The translations under genes were made by a program, and so were the position numbers. The notes below the pieces were generated by a model. It ran no database searches. It was not told where the DNA came from and saw only the letters and a program-made list of their open reading frames with translations. A stretch of 64,000 nucleotides of DNA from Lingula anatina (lineage: Eukaryota; Animalia; Brachiopoda). Shown in pieces: positions 40,401 to 54,446 of this stretch. Within the stretch, counting starts at the first letter, position 1, and every line of letters begins with the position of its first letter. The stretch spans positions 23,068,848 through 23,132,847 of the forward strand of contig CM120643.1 of NCBI GenBank assembly GCA_051362555.1, written 5' to 3'.

Positions 40401-41035
40401 TTCAGATAAGTAACGTAGATAAGACGAGCTCACGCGATGAATATTTTTGTATAATTATTTATTCATTAACAAAATTCTAGCATAATTTTATGCATGTTTG
40501 TGCCATATTGACACCCTGACGTGGCACAGGGAATGACAGTTATCGCAGCATTTCCACATTTTTTGAAAATTGGGGTAAACTGCTGGGCCAAATTCTACCC
40601 TACATGGGTCCAAAAGAAATCAGCAGAAGTCCAGTTGAATATAGAATAGCGTTAGTTCGATGAGATAACATTAAGCGCAGTCACATGACCACCCAGCAGC
40701 TAATGGTCTTCATGTAGTCCAAATGAACCCAATTCCTACATGTAGATATTAAGAAAACACAGGGCAGAAACATCTGGATTATAAATATATAAAAACCGTC
40801 ATTGGCCCTGAAACGATATATTCCATTTCTTTGGATCGCGCACGTACCAGAATCAGTCATTAATGTCCATCGCTTCCTAGATTATACGTCTCTATCTCTT
40901 CGATAGCTAAATGTAGTGTCTTTTCAGCATTTCGTCGAGATCTTTTGTTGTAAAGATCTGTCATGGCTGTCTCAAAACACTGTATTAGTTTCAAGTAAAG
41001 TCGAAGGCATACACGGAGATAAAATTTCTTGGGTA

Positions 41036-42000
41036 CTATTTTTTCTTGCCGTAGTACCCGGTTCCGGTATAAGGTGAACCGTATCCATACGCCTGTCCTC
41101 CGTATGGCCGACCTCCGTACTGGCCGTATGGTACAGCTACACTTGGCCCGTAAGGTCGGTAGCCATATGGCTGGCCGTAGTCTGAAACGTTAGAAAATGA
41201 GATGACGTAAAACGGATATATTATATTAATGAAAGACGTATGTAAAATGCCAACCGTAAGTGAACATGAAATTATCGCATATCATCGGTAGCCTATAAAT
41301 AAATGAAAAGGTAACGTACCATCATACAACCTTTCTTTGTTAATTTGATAAATTTGCATCTTAAAGAGAGGTAAACTGACCGATGCAAAACGTTTGTTTG
41401 GCAGGGGATCACTTTACCCTTTCAAATTTCTATAATAGAGACAGAGATACTTACAATTCGGGGGCTGTGGCTGGGAATGCGGTTTAGTTGTTGTGACTTG
41501 GTGAGCTGGAAAAACGTAAAATATGTGATATTATGGCCAAGTAAAAAATAAATAAATAAACATTCGCAATTATAAAAGACGCGGTGTTTTATACAGCGAG
41601 AGCGAGCTGTAGATTGATGAGTAATGATGTATGTATGAATATGTGTTACCTTTAAGTCCCTTAAACTTTGTTATTTAAAAAAATACTCAAAATGATAATA
41701 ATGCCTATTACAAGAAAAAAAAGGGGGGAAAGAAAGAAAAAAAAAAAAACTAGCCATGCATGGAGACTCATTATGAAATACTGAAGAAGAATAAAACGTT
41801 AATAAGTAAAGTAAACATAAAGTGATGGCGGCTAAAATATTTAATCGCCACTTCAACATAAGTTAATAATTAGTTTTTTCAAGTTCAAATATGTTGCAAA
41901 AGAAAAGAGTTGTTGCAGTGATTATAATCGGGGAATTCATCTTACCTTTACCACTACCACCTCCCCAACACACACACACACGCTCACACACACACACACG

Positions 42001-42032
<32 letters not shown>

Positions 42033-43367
42033 CACGCATGCACAAGTTAAAATAAATAAAGTATAAGTCGCTTAGAATATATATATGTGTCTCAAATAAA
42101 ACACCTAACCTGGAGGATATCCTTCATTTCTGTTAACGCGTTTACACGTGCCGGCAAAACCATAGCCTGTAGAAGCGCTTCCAGTATAACCTCCGCCATA
42201 CATATACGTATCTTGCTTGGTGGGACTTGTATATGTGCATTTGTACTCAATGGTATTAACTCGGTTAAAAGTACACAGTGTTTGCGTAGTCAGCTGTAGA
42301 AATCCGGCTACAAAGGCGTATAGTGGTTGAGTAGCAGGAGGGAGAAAACCAGGCGCAAAGAGACTATCCGAGTTGAGCTGCCCCACCGCGCCAAAGATGC
42401 CAGGGAGCAGGGAAAGAAGTGGGAGGCAATCCAAGTTACGGATGTTACAGTCTCCATCGGTGTAGCAGGAGGCACCCTCAACTGGAAATAAAATAGTGTT
42501 ATATGATAATCAATACTGAATGATTGAGAGAACGGCAAACCATAAAAATTGCTGCATGAAGCTGGAGCAAGTAGATGACAATTACATGAAAACCTAATCA
42601 ATAAAATGGTATTATATTTTCATATTTTTATATTCAAAGTACATTGTGCCTCACACGTTAAATAGTAATAGATAGAAATTGAAATTTTATAGAAAAAGCT
42701 GTAGAAAATTAATTGCAAAAGGTATTTTAAACTTTTGTGAACGCTTAACGGAGAATAACAATGCGTACTTGGGACACACTCTAAACGGACACTGTCACCG
42801 ACTGCTTTTCCGATGTTGACAGCGCTGAAGCCAGGGAGACAAGTACATCTTCTGGAGTTGGCGTTCACCTCAAGGAGACCGGCTTTAGCTTCCACCATGG
42901 CGTATTTCTCACCGTTGACATTTCCGAGGAATGGTTCGCAGCTGGAGTACTTGGAAACACAGATATCCTTGTGGGGATCGCAAACGCCGAGCAGATCTAA
43001 AATATTAGGTGTTTAGATTTAAGAGTATTATTTATTTATTTACTTTAATGTATTATAGATAACATAAAACCTTTTAAGAGCAAGAGCGAGAAAAAACTTT
43101 TTTTCACAAATACTAAAAATTGCTACATTGTTATCTGGGTTCAAACTAGACTACAATTGTGGAACTTAATGTTAAAACCAAACTTTGAATGAGTGTCCCT
43201 GCGTGTGAGTACGTGCGTACGTGTATATGTGCGTGCGAAGGCGCGAGTGTGAAACGGGGCTCGATCATAAGGTTACCAATATATGGGAAAAGATGCTACC
43301 TACCTATTTCACCGCCGTTTACCACAGTAAAGATCCCCAGACATAAAACTCCAGCCAGTAGCTCCAT
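41036..43367 (-). CDS. Secreted 12-Cys / Gly-Tyr-tail protein, copy 4 (286 aa)
   Basis: Exons 43367-43304, 42996-42769, 42481-42110, 41505-41455, 41181-41036. Signal MELLAGVLCLGIFTVVNG; tail YYGQPYGYRPYGP...GTGYYGKKK*. Confidence 0.9.
41968..42043. repeat. (CA)n microsatellite
   Basis: Read directly from the sequence. Confidence 0.9.
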
Positions 43368-45628
43368 CTGAAAGTGGCACGAAAGGACCCAGAACAATAC
43401 TTGGAATTCTACAAAGATAAATAATAAAATAATGAAAATAATAAGCTTTAATCATTTTTTTTTACATTTTGATATTTCTTAATTTAAGAAAATCAACATT
43501 ATACGTCAGAGTGATCAAGTCTGGAACAATCGTCAAAGCTCTCGGATTAACACGTTAACATAATGTATTTAAGTCATGAACATCAGTTTTAATGCAATGG
43601 AGAAATGGTTTTTGACGAGTTCGAGCGTCTTTGATGACTTGTTTTATCTTGAATCAACCTAAATTAAAGGTAACATTTTATCCATAGGATGTATTTTCTC
43701 AATTTTGCAAGGATACTATCTCAAACCTTTACAAAAAGTCCATTTTTACACCAAATATTCGAAACGCAAGCGAGCGCGCACACACGCACCTAACAATGTA
43801 CCTTGACTTAAACAATCATCGTAGTAAATTAGAAGACACTCTGCTCTATCACCCACTCTGTTTCAAGTCTGTTAAAAAATTGCCCTCTGACAATGTACTT
43901 ACACGAAAAATAATGCTGATCCCCGCCAAAGCTAACAACACCCTACCAATCGTGTCAACGTAGGTGAGGATTTTATACTTTCTGGCGCCCAGGAAACACC
44001 CTAAATGAAGAAAAAATAGCCCAATTATCAAATTAGTGATCAAAGGCGTGAAATGTCAACAAGAAAACTGAGTCATGAAAATATGTGTGTTCAACAGTCA
44101 CATTTTGTATATTATCATATTTTAAATCTGGACAAAGCTGTTTATATGGAGTAGAAAATTACAGTGTAATAGTGGAAACTTGTTTGAAAGAGGCAATGTA
44201 AACATAATATAAACGTGAGTGACTTCGTTGTTCCAGGGCAGATTTAATAACTATCACTGGCCTACATATTTATAACATCTGCACACCCAATAATTTAGCT
44301 GACTGCGTTAAACATACTGAATTATTTATTTAAACAAGTTTTAAGTTATTTTCATAGCCATAATCATGAAACGAATTAATATATTGGTTTAGAATGGCCC
44401 CTTAATTCCGGATAAAGTATATTTCCTTCAATTTCAATCGTGTTTTAAACTACATCTACTTTATCATTGTTCATAGAATCATTCTAATGGTCAGCATGCA
44501 GTCTCAAAGGACCTTTGTTAGAGTTTAATGGGTTAAAAAACTTATTAAACCATTTCATACCGAAACCATACGAACAGGTCCCGATTTGCTTCAACCGAAT
44601 AATACATATGTGTTTTCTACAAACCATTTAACCGATTAGATTTATCAATCCAATAACATCAAACCGAGGGTTTTCTGAATGTCATGTAAGTTATACGAGT
44701 TCTATCTGTCTTAATATTTTGTGTGTAAGATGGCCACAGAGTCTGCCTCTGGGCATTATGTTAGAGTAGGGATAGGGCATGTCCCTCTTTATGTCCACTA
44801 GATATAGACTATAATAATATGTTGTAAAGGAACTTAGTAGTACATAAACACTATAATATTAGTACTACATCTAATGGGGCAGATAAACAGAAGACACTTA
44901 CATAATTGTGAAAAATGATTTAAAAATAATACAAGTATTCACGTATGTAGAATCTATATGATTTATTAATTAATTTTAAGTAATCATGCACAGCGCAGCA
45001 TTTTCACACGTGTGTTGTTTATGTGTGTTATATAAATATGCTACATATTCTGTTGATAGTCTTCGCAGCATAAATTACGACACCGCAAATGGTCTTCGTG
45101 CCAGCATACGACTACACTGGTAGCGTATGCCTGGTAAAGTGTGGTTTTTTACAAGTCGTCGTCCACAGTAAACACCGATTCCCATTTCGGCGGAAAGCAT
45201 CCGGTTTTTGAAACCTTCATTAGTCCTTACGTTCAAGTAAGATGGCATGTCCGTTTGTCACAAACAAATTGTTGATCCAGTCATTATCTTCCTTCTAAAC
45301 GTGAGATGAATTTCTGGTGACTTTAAGGGTAAAATCAAGTAGCCCGCCAGGTAAATCTGCATCATTGGCGTCAACCGATCTAAAAAGGATATTTTTTACA
45401 GACTTCCATCGAGATATTTGCAAACATCCGTCATAACTGTATCAAAACAACCTTTTAGCAATTAAAGCTTTATAAACGTTATAACCATGTGTACTATTTT
45501 AAGTGTACGCCCATTGAACTGGAATGAAGTGGTACAGCAAAATGATATAAACAGAAGAGCGTGTCCTTAAATCGGTCATTAAAATGTCGTCATCGTTTTA
45601 ATCCTTTCACAAATGAGGCTGAGATGCC

Positions 45629-48600
45629 CTATCTCTTTTTTCCGTAGCCGTATGTTTTGTATGAAGGTGAGTACATCCCGTAATTTGCTTGGGACCCATA
45701 AGGCATTTGGGCACCGTTGGTGGGTTGGTACCCCATGAATGATTGCCCTCCGAAACCGTTAAAAGCCTGTCCTCCGAATGGGTTATAGTCTGAAATAATT
45801 AAAGTTAAATTGCAGTGATTAAATGTTGAGATGTGTAGCCGAGGCCGTTATGTTTCATCTTCAGTAATGTTAATAACTAAAAAATGAAGAATTAATAAAA
45901 CAGTTTAATAAATAAGTAAATGAATAAAACATTGGGAAAGGCGTATACGATAGATGGATGGGAATTACTAAGATATAGAACTTTCAAGAACATTCTAGAA
46001 TTTGGCAGAAATTGTCAATCTGTACAAACTTTAGGATACTCCCATACAGTTGTAGATTTTTAGATGTAAGCAACTGAGGGTATACATTTGAGCCCTCTCC
46101 ACCTATATTGTTTGTATTTTTTTGTTTTTTGTTATTGTTTTATTAATGCTGCTTACTGGATACTGCTTGCACATTCTTACTGCAACTACCGTACTTGGAA
46201 CTGTAATCCGATTATTAAATTATTAGATTTAAACTGTTTAATTATTTATAGACTTCATTACGGGAGAAAGGATTTAATTTGAAAATCGTTGCTGAGTATT
46301 AAAATAGCAACAAGAATATTTTTATTCAATAACGCCAGGCCTACCCAACTACCAGACTCGGCACCGAATGATCCTGAATTCACCGGTTTATCAGACCACA
46401 CTACCCGTTTTCAAGGTGTGTATCAGATTGCATTACACAGTGTCATACCCTGAACAAATTTTGAGTGGTGATGCAATGCTTTTCAACCCCGCTGAGAATC
46501 GTCACTATCACATCGCGTACTAGGCAAGAGCGGTGTCGCGTCTGATACTGTGTAATGCGATCTGACACACACCTTGAAAACGGGTAGTGTGTCTGATCTA
46601 CCGGTGAATTCAGGATCATTCGGTGCCGAGTCTGGTAGTTGGGTAGTCCTGAACGCAATACCAGTGCCGTGGTGCATCATTACAAATACACCAAGAAAAT
46701 CTCATTATACAAACAACAAAAGTTAGGAATACTAACATGGCATAGATGCTTGTTGCATATTGTTGCTACCCTGCATAGATGCTTGTTGCATATTGTTGCT
46801 ACCCTGCATAGATGCCTGTTGCATATTGTTGCTACCCTGCATAGATGCCTGTTGCATATAGTTTCTACCCTGCATAGATGCCTGTTGCATATAGTTGCTA
46901 CCCTTTCCTTTAGCCGATGTACTAGATGCTGAAACAAATGAAAACCTTTCAGGTGAAAACGGATGGAAAGATTGAAAATACAATAACGCAATGTGAAGCA
47001 AAATTATGCAATCTGCGTCTCGATCGATATCACTTTTCTGAGGTCCACAAAAAATTGCTCATAGTCAAAGTCAGCAATTGTATATAATTTAATATGTCAC
47101 AACGATAAAGGAAGTCAAAAGCGAACAAAAACTGCATATAAAGTTTTAAAAATCTCAAACTGGCTTATATAGTGTTTGTCACTCAGTCCATTTATGTTTG
47201 ATTGCCTACGTATTTTCGTTTTTTTTCTATATAATAATAAAACAACATTCATCAATCATGATAATAAACATAATGCTAAAGATCCGTGATACACATGGCG
47301 ATTTTCCTTAGTTTAAAAAATAAACTTACCCGATGGATATCCTTCGTTTCTGTTAACTCTCTTGCAAGTGCCACCGTACCCACCGCCTTTCAAGCTTGCT
47401 CCCTGACCATTACCGTGCATTCCACCGTAGAAGGCAGTGTCTTGCTTCGACGGGCTCGCGTACGTACATTTGTACTCAATGGTGTTGACACGGTTGAAGC
47501 CACACAGGAACTGAGTTGAAAGCTGCAAGAAACCGGCGATGAAAGCGTAGATCGCCTGAGTGCCAGGAGTCAAGAACCCTGGGGCGAACAAACTGTCGGA
47601 GTTGAGCTGCCCCACTGCTCCGAAGATGCCAGGGAGCAGGGAAAGAAGTGGGAGGCAATCCAAGTTACGGATGTTACAGTCTCCATCGGTATAGCAGGAG
47701 GCACCCTCAACTAGGAGTTGAAAAAACAAGGGGTAGGATAAGGTTGGCATTTTACGTTGTGGAAGTACGATGTATCCTTTTCTTTATTAATAACAGACCT
47801 TACATTCGGTCTTGCTGAACAACAAAATCTTCACAGGTAATATTTTGGTTAGCGTCAACAGACCATCTAACCATTACATGGATCCTAAAGCAAAAAAGAA
47901 GATATTTTAGATCTTTAAAGATAATTTTTTCAAAAAATGTATTAAATTTACCTGGCACACAATCCAGACGGACGCTATCACCGACAGCTTTTCCGATGTT
48001 GACAGCGCTGAAGCCAGGGAGACAAGTACATCTTCTGGAGTTGGCGTTCACCTCAAGGAGACCGGCTTTAGCTTCCACCATGGCGTATTTCTCACCGTTG
48101 ACATTTCCGAGGAATGGCTCGCAACTGGAGTACTTGGCAACACAGATATCACTGTGTGGATCGCATACCCCGAGCAGATCTGCAAGACACGAAGTGACAA
48201 ATGTTTTCGCAGCTAGAACACATGCTTGGAAATACGATTTTTACTGTTGGGCCAGCATACCTGCAAAAGAAAATTGATATGTGAAGTTGTGTTGTAGAAT
48301 ACTCCTGGAAAGTGCCTCATTTTGTTTGCCATTACATATGCCTGAAGTTAAATCAAAACAGAAAGTGGTGAAAATAATTGCGTTTTGCTCTCAGTTATTG
48401 CATTTTTAAGAAGTGGGTTTGCCTTTTCTTTGAAATTTTTGTTTTGGTTTTGCATCTATTCTATCGACATCAGTGTTGGTTATGAAATAGAGGTAAGGTA
48501 GATCGTTGTTGCTTTGGTGTATGCAAGTGATCTTACCGATTTCGTCACCCCTTACAGTTCTCACTAGACCTAAAACGGCGAGTTGAAGTAAGAACCTCAT
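45629..48600 (-). CDS. Secreted 12-Cys / Gly-Tyr-tail protein, copy 5 (341 aa, with Met/Gln repeat)
   Basis: Exons 48600-48537, 48179-47952, 47710-47330, 46928-46737, 45789-45629. Signal MRFLLQLAVLGLVRTVRG; ends YGMYSPSYKTYGYGKKR*. Confidence 0.9.
46344..46643. mobile_element. TA-targeting MITE with ~100-bp TIRs in the last intron of copy 5
   Basis: CCCAACTACCAGACTCGGCACCGAATGATCCTGAATTCACCGG... and its reverse complement; TA at 46342-46343 and 46644-46645; not present in copy 6. Confidence 0.88.
46740..46904 (-). repeat. Coding 33-bp minisatellite, 5 units, encoding GSN(N/Y)MQQASMQ
   Basis: Five units of GCATAGATGC(T/C)TGTTGCATAT(T/A)GTT(G/T)CTACCCT lie wholly within exon 46928-46737. Confidence 0.92.
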
Positions 48601-49042
48601 CTAAAATTGTAAATAAAACAAAGAAACTATATAAAGGAAGTGGAATAAAGTTAATTTTGATAACAACAATAATAATAAAATAATCAGAAGAAGAAGCAAT
48701 AGAAAAAGAAAAAGAAAAACATGATGTAATCCACGATTGGAATTAAATAAGACATAGCTATTGTTGAACTTGATTTTTTCTTCATTCTGCGTCACTTTCA
48801 TTATTTGATGAAATCCAAGTAAGTAAAGGTCTATGGTATCACACACACACACACACACACACACACTGAGAGAGAGAGAGAGAGAGAGAGTAAATAAAGA
48901 ATAATAAAAGGCGAATAACGGTATACCTTTAAATTATGAATCAACGCCCTGTGATTGCCTGTCCGTGCCGAACTAATGGCGGATGGAAGTATTTCACAAA
49001 CCGACAGTGCTCTCTCCGCACGAAAATAAGCAAAAGTATCGT

Positions 49043-49050
49043 CTTTTATA
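49043..49050 (-). promoter_or_regulatory. TATA box of copy 5 with adjacent GC-box and CCAAT-like motifs
   Basis: TATAAAAG, with GGGCGG and GCCAATC within ~50 bp upstream; conserved in copy 6. Confidence 0.65.
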
Positions 49051-49579
49051 CCCCGCAGTTGGGCGGAAGCAATTTAATATCAATCATTAGGCCAATCACT
49101 GGCCGAATATCATCCAAGTGTAGTCAGTTTTAAAACAAAACTGTATTATGATTTATACTAATTATACTGTATATGGAAATTGCTTTTTTTTCATTTGGTA
49201 ATAAAACGTGGTTATCTTGTCGGCATCGCTGAAGCAAGTCATCAAGGGCAACATTAAATATTGTAAATGGTTATTACCGTTGCAGTCAGAGCGATTATGT
49301 TTATCTGCTACTTTTGAGCCATCGTTAACATGGTCACCATTTCTTGATAATGGTGCTTATTTATACTTTCACAACCTTAATTTTACGACCTTTTCTGGTG
49401 TATCATAATAAAACAATTATAGTTGGGTCGTACACACTATCTTTCTCAAATGTATATATATTTCTAAATATTTTAATCAAATGTAACTGTTTTTTTTCAA
49501 ATTCCATTTCTAGAACGGGCTTCAGGCGATTGTTTGATAACTAATATATTTGTTGTAGGGGAGGCCGGGGCTAGTGGGA

Positions 49580-49791
49580 CCCCGGGGTAAGTCCCCCCCC
49601 CCCCCCCCCCCATCAAGTCTCTTTAATAAAGTTACTTTAAGATGCTAAATACTTTCATTTGGACTCACCACCGACGCTTTCTTAGCACTATTGGATACGG
49701 TCACTTTACAAAATGATGTGATCAATTCTTTTACCCCATAGTTAGTTTGTCGTTAATTGATGGGGGGGGGGGGGGGGGACTTACCCCGGGG
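49580..49791. repeat. Inverted repeat with poly-C/poly-G arms (probable MITE remnant)
   Basis: CCCCGGGGTAAGT(C)nATCAA at 49580-49616 and TTGAT(G)nACTTACCCCGGGG at 49757-49791. Confidence 0.7.
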
Positions 49792-51732
49792 CGAACTGTC
49801 CAGTACAGTCGGAGTAGTGTGATGATCACGTGACTGGCCACTTGAGTATAGAAGGTGATGAGGAAAAGTAGATTTTAGGGTTAGGTCATTCGAAGGCTCT
49901 TTCACGTTCCGTGATGCAAGCAGATAATATTTATAATTCCCTCCCACCCAGCCAGTTTTGAAAGATTGTACCAATAAAAAAGAAAATGTTTAAGTTTGTT
50001 TGTTTAAATGATTATTTTCTATAATTTGACAAATTACGATTAAAAAGAATAGAGAATTTAGTTTTACTGGTTGTTCAAGCTTTTTAGTGTTTTACATGTC
50101 TTATATCAGAATGTTTTAATGTTTCAGTTCGGATCCTGGTTCTAATGGACGGTAGAAGATAAAGCAAGAATGAGTTTCTTTCTAAAAAAAACATAAAAGA
50201 ACTTATTATTATCATTATTTTTATTATTTTATTAGTCCTTTAAAACGGTTTCGTTTTACAGATATTTGCTTTAATTTTTTTTTGTTAAAAGCTTGTTCAG
50301 TTAAAAAAATCAAATAGGAAGTACGTATGGTTTTGAATTATCACTAATGACTCTCTTTATGACAATACGTTAAACCGGAAATAAAGCACACGGAACGTAA
50401 TGAGCGCTTCCATCCACTGTCTGCGTTTATATCATAAATATTTTATGTTCGTTCGAATTAGAGCATAAAATTAGATTTTGTTCGATTTCAATCGTATTTT
50501 GAGCTACATGTAATTTATCATCGGTCATTTTAATCATTTTAATGATCAGCATGCAGTTTCAAAGAAGCCTCGTTTGGGTGCAATGCAATGAAAAACTTAT
50601 TAAACCCTTTCATATCGAAATTCAGATATTTTACATGAAAGCAGCCAAGAACTATAGACAGGAAATATACATCCGAACAAGTCCAGATTTGCTACTCACG
50701 TCTTTTCTACACGTCTTTTCTACACATCATTTAACCGGTTAGATTTATCAATACATTGACATCGAACCGAGGGTTTTATGAGTTATATGTTGTATGTTAT
50801 AGAGTTTTATCTGTCTAGATTTTTTTGTAGGATGGCCGCAGAGTTTGCCTCTGGACATAATGTTAGAGTAGGGATAGGGCATGCCCCTCTTTATCTTCAC
50901 TCGATATGAACTATAATAGTACGTTATAATGGAAGTTTGTTGTATATAAATACTATAATATTAATAATACATCAAATGGGACAGATAAACAGAAGACACA
51001 TACATTGTTCTGAAAAATAATTTTAAAATAATACAAGTATTCACGTATGTATAATCTATATCATTTATTAATTAATTTTATTAATCATGCACAGCGCAGC
51101 ATTTTCACACGTGTGTTGTTAACGTGTGTTATATAAATATGCTACATATTCTGTTGATAGTCTTCGCAGCATAAATTACGACACTCACAGATGGTCTAAG
51201 TGCCAACATACGATTACATTTATATCGTATGCCTAGCAACTTGTGGTTGTTTCCAAGTCGTCGTCCACGGTAAGCACCGACTCCCATTAAATTTTCGGTG
51301 GAAAGCATCCGGTTTTTGAAACCTTCATTAGTCCTTACGTTCAAGTAAGATGGCATGTCTGTTGGTCACAAACATATTGTTGATCCAGTCATTATTTTCC
51401 CTCTTAACGTGTGATGAATTTTTCTTGTGACTTTTAGGGTAAAATCAAGTAGCCTGCTAGAAAAATCTGCATCATTGGCGTCAACCGATCTAAAAAGGAT
51501 ATTTTTTACAGGCTTCCATCGAGATGTTTGCAAACATCCGTCATAACTGTATCAAAATAACCTTTTTAGCAATTTAAGATTTAGAAACGTCATAACCATG
51601 TTTGCCAAAATAGAAAACACAGGAATGACATGTGGTACAGCAAAATCATATTAGCAGAAAAGCGTGCCCTTAAATCGAATCCTGAAAATGTCGTCATCGT
51701 ATTAATCCTGACCCAAATGTGGCCGTGGTATC

Positions 51733-52016
51733 TTATCTCTTTTTACCGTAGCCGTATGTTTTGTACGTTGGTGAGTACATTCCGTAATTTGCTTGGGCCC
51801 CGTAAGGCTGTTGGGCACCGAAGGTGGGTTGGTACCCCATAAACGATTGGCCTCCGAATCCGGTAAAAACCTGTCCTCCGTACTGGCCATGGTCTGAAAT
51901 TTTTTTATTAAATTGCGGTGATTAAATGATTAGGTGTGCGGCTAAGCTTGTTATATTTCATCCTCAGTTATGTTAGTTTGTATTACAAACATCATTGAAC
52001 AAGTTAATAATTGCAA

Positions 52017-52059
<43 letters not shown>

Positions 52060-53244
52060 AACATTGGGAAAGTCGTAAAAGATAAATGTGCATGTGAATT
52101 ATGGACATAGTCAAAAGAACTTTCAAGAACATTCTAGAATTCGGCCGAAAATGTTAAGTTGTACAAACTTCCAGATGCTTCCATACAGTTGTAGAGTAAT
52201 TTCTATATGTATCCCACTAAGTATCCCACTAAGGTGCATCGTCATAAATAAAACAAGAAAATCTCATTATACGAACAACAGAAGTTAGGAGTACTCACAT
52301 GGCATATTGTTGCTTGTCTTTCCTTTAGTCGAGATACTAGATGCTGAAAAAAAAATGGAAACGAATATTTTATAATAACGCAATGTGAGACAAAATGATA
52401 TAATCTGCGCCTCGAATGGTTTCACTTTTCCGAGGTCCACCAAAAAAGCCCATAGTCAAACTCAGCAATTGTTTATAATTTAATAATATGTCACAACGAT
52501 AAAGGAAGTCAAAAGTGAACAAAAACCGCATATAAAGTTTTAAAATCTCAAACTGGCTTTTTATATTGTTTGTCAGTCGGTTCATTTATGTTTTTTAAAT
52601 ATAATATTAAATCAATATTTATCAATCATGATTATAAACATTATGCTTGAGACCCGTGATACACATGCTGTTTTTCTCTAGTTTAAAAATTTACTTACCC
52701 GATGGATATCCTTTATTTCTGTTGACTCTCTTGCAAGTGCCACCGTACCCACCGCCTTTCAAGCTTGCTCCCTGACCATTACCGTGCATTCCACCGTAGA
52801 AGGCTGTGTCTTGCTTCGACGGGCTCGCGTACGTACATTTGTACTCAATGGTGTTGACGCGATTGAAGCCACACAGGAACTGAGTTGAAAGCTGCAAGAA
52901 GCCAGCGATGAACGCGTAGATCGCCTGAGTGCCAGGAGTCAAGAATCCTGGGGCGAACAAACTGTCGGAGTTCAGTTGGCCCACGGCCCCAAAGATGCCA
53001 GGGAGCAGGGAAAGAAGTGGGAGGCAATCCAAGTTTCGGATGTTACAGTCTCCATCGGTATAGCAGGAGGCACCCTCAACTGGAAATTGAAAAAAAAGGG
53101 GGGAGAATAAGGTTGGCATTCTACCAAATCAACAACACTGAGGAACCCGTGGCATGTGACGTGGTCATCACGTGGTTCAGTGACACCATCTAACCATGGA
53201 TCCTAAAGCAAGAATGTAGATATTTAAGATTTTTCAAGATCTTT

Positions 53245-53292
<48 letters not shown>

Positions 53293-53966
53293 ACCTGGCA
53301 CACAATTCAAACGGACACTGTCCCCGACAGAACTTCCGGTGTTGACAGCGCTGAAGCCAGGGAGACAAGTACATCTTCTGGAGTTGGGGTTCACCTCAAG
53401 AAGACCGGCTTTAGCTTCCACCATGGCGTATTTCTCACCGTTGACATTTCCAAGGAATGGCTCACAGCTGGAGTACTTGGCAAGACATATATCTTTGTGG
53501 GGATCGCATACGCCGAGCAGATCTGCAAGACACGAAGTGACACATAAACTCGCAACTGGAGCATGTGTTTGGAAATACAATTATTACTGTGGCGACTGCA
53601 TACATGTTCGTTCAAAAGATGTGTAATTTTAATGAAATTTGAATTTGTCTCGTAATACATTCCAGGAAAGTTCCTCTTTTTGTATGTCACTGACATATAT
53701 AGACCTGAAGTTAAATCGTAACAAGGTGGTGCAAATACTTGCATTTTGCTCTCAATTATTGCACTTGTGAGAAGTCGGTTAGCCTTTCCTTTGAAATTTT
53801 TGTTGTGGTTTCGCTGCATCTATTCTATCGATATCAGTGTTTGTTATGAAATATATAGTTAAAGTAAATCGTTGTTGCCGTCGTGTGTACAAATGATCTT
53901 ACCGACTTCGGCACTTCTTACAGTCCTCACTAGACCTAAAACGGCGAGTTGGAGTAGGAACCTCAT
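51733..53966 (-). CDS. Secreted 12-Cys / Gly-Tyr-tail protein, copy 6 (292 aa)
   Basis: Exons 53966-53903, 53522-53295, 53079-52699, 52343-52299, 51893-51733. Signal MRFLLQLAVLGLVRTVRS; ends YSPTYKTYGYGKKR*. Confidence 0.9.
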
Positions 53967-54214
53967 CTAAAATTCTATAAAATATAAAAAGGAATAAAAT
54001 TGTACTTTAAAAAATGTAAAGGAAGTAAATTTTAATAACAGCAATAACGAAATAATCATAAGAAGAAACAGCAGAAGAATTAAAAGAAAAAATATGATGT
54101 AATCCACGATTGGAATTAAATAAGACATAGTTGAACGTGATTTTTTTCCTCATTCTATGTCACCTTCATTATTTGATGAAATCCAAACATCCAAAGGTTA
54201 TCGTATCATATTCA

Positions 54215-54267
<53 letters not shown>

Positions 54268-54438
54268 AAGAAATGAGAATAATAAATAGCACAGAACTGT
54301 ATACCTTTAAAATTATGAATCAAAATCCTGTGTTTCACTGTCGGTGCCGGCTCCAGTGGCCGCTGCAAAACGGCGGATGGAAGTTCTTTAACAACTGACA
54401 GCGCCTTCTCCGCACGAAAATAAGCAAAAAAATATCGT

Positions 54439-54446
54439 CTTTTATA
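54439..54446 (-). promoter_or_regulatory. TATA box of copy 6
   Basis: TATAAAAG in the same context as copy 5. Confidence 0.65.

Noticed and set aside
46740-46904. 33-bp direct repeats as a CRISPR array
   Set aside because: The units are contiguous with no unique spacers, there are no cas genes, and the repeat lies in frame within a eukaryotic exon.
51702-51890. Apparent frameshifted or extended C-terminus in copy 6
   Set aside because: Recounting gives GGT AAA AAG AGA TAA, a 161-nt exon identical in length to copy 5; the listed ORF is another frame.
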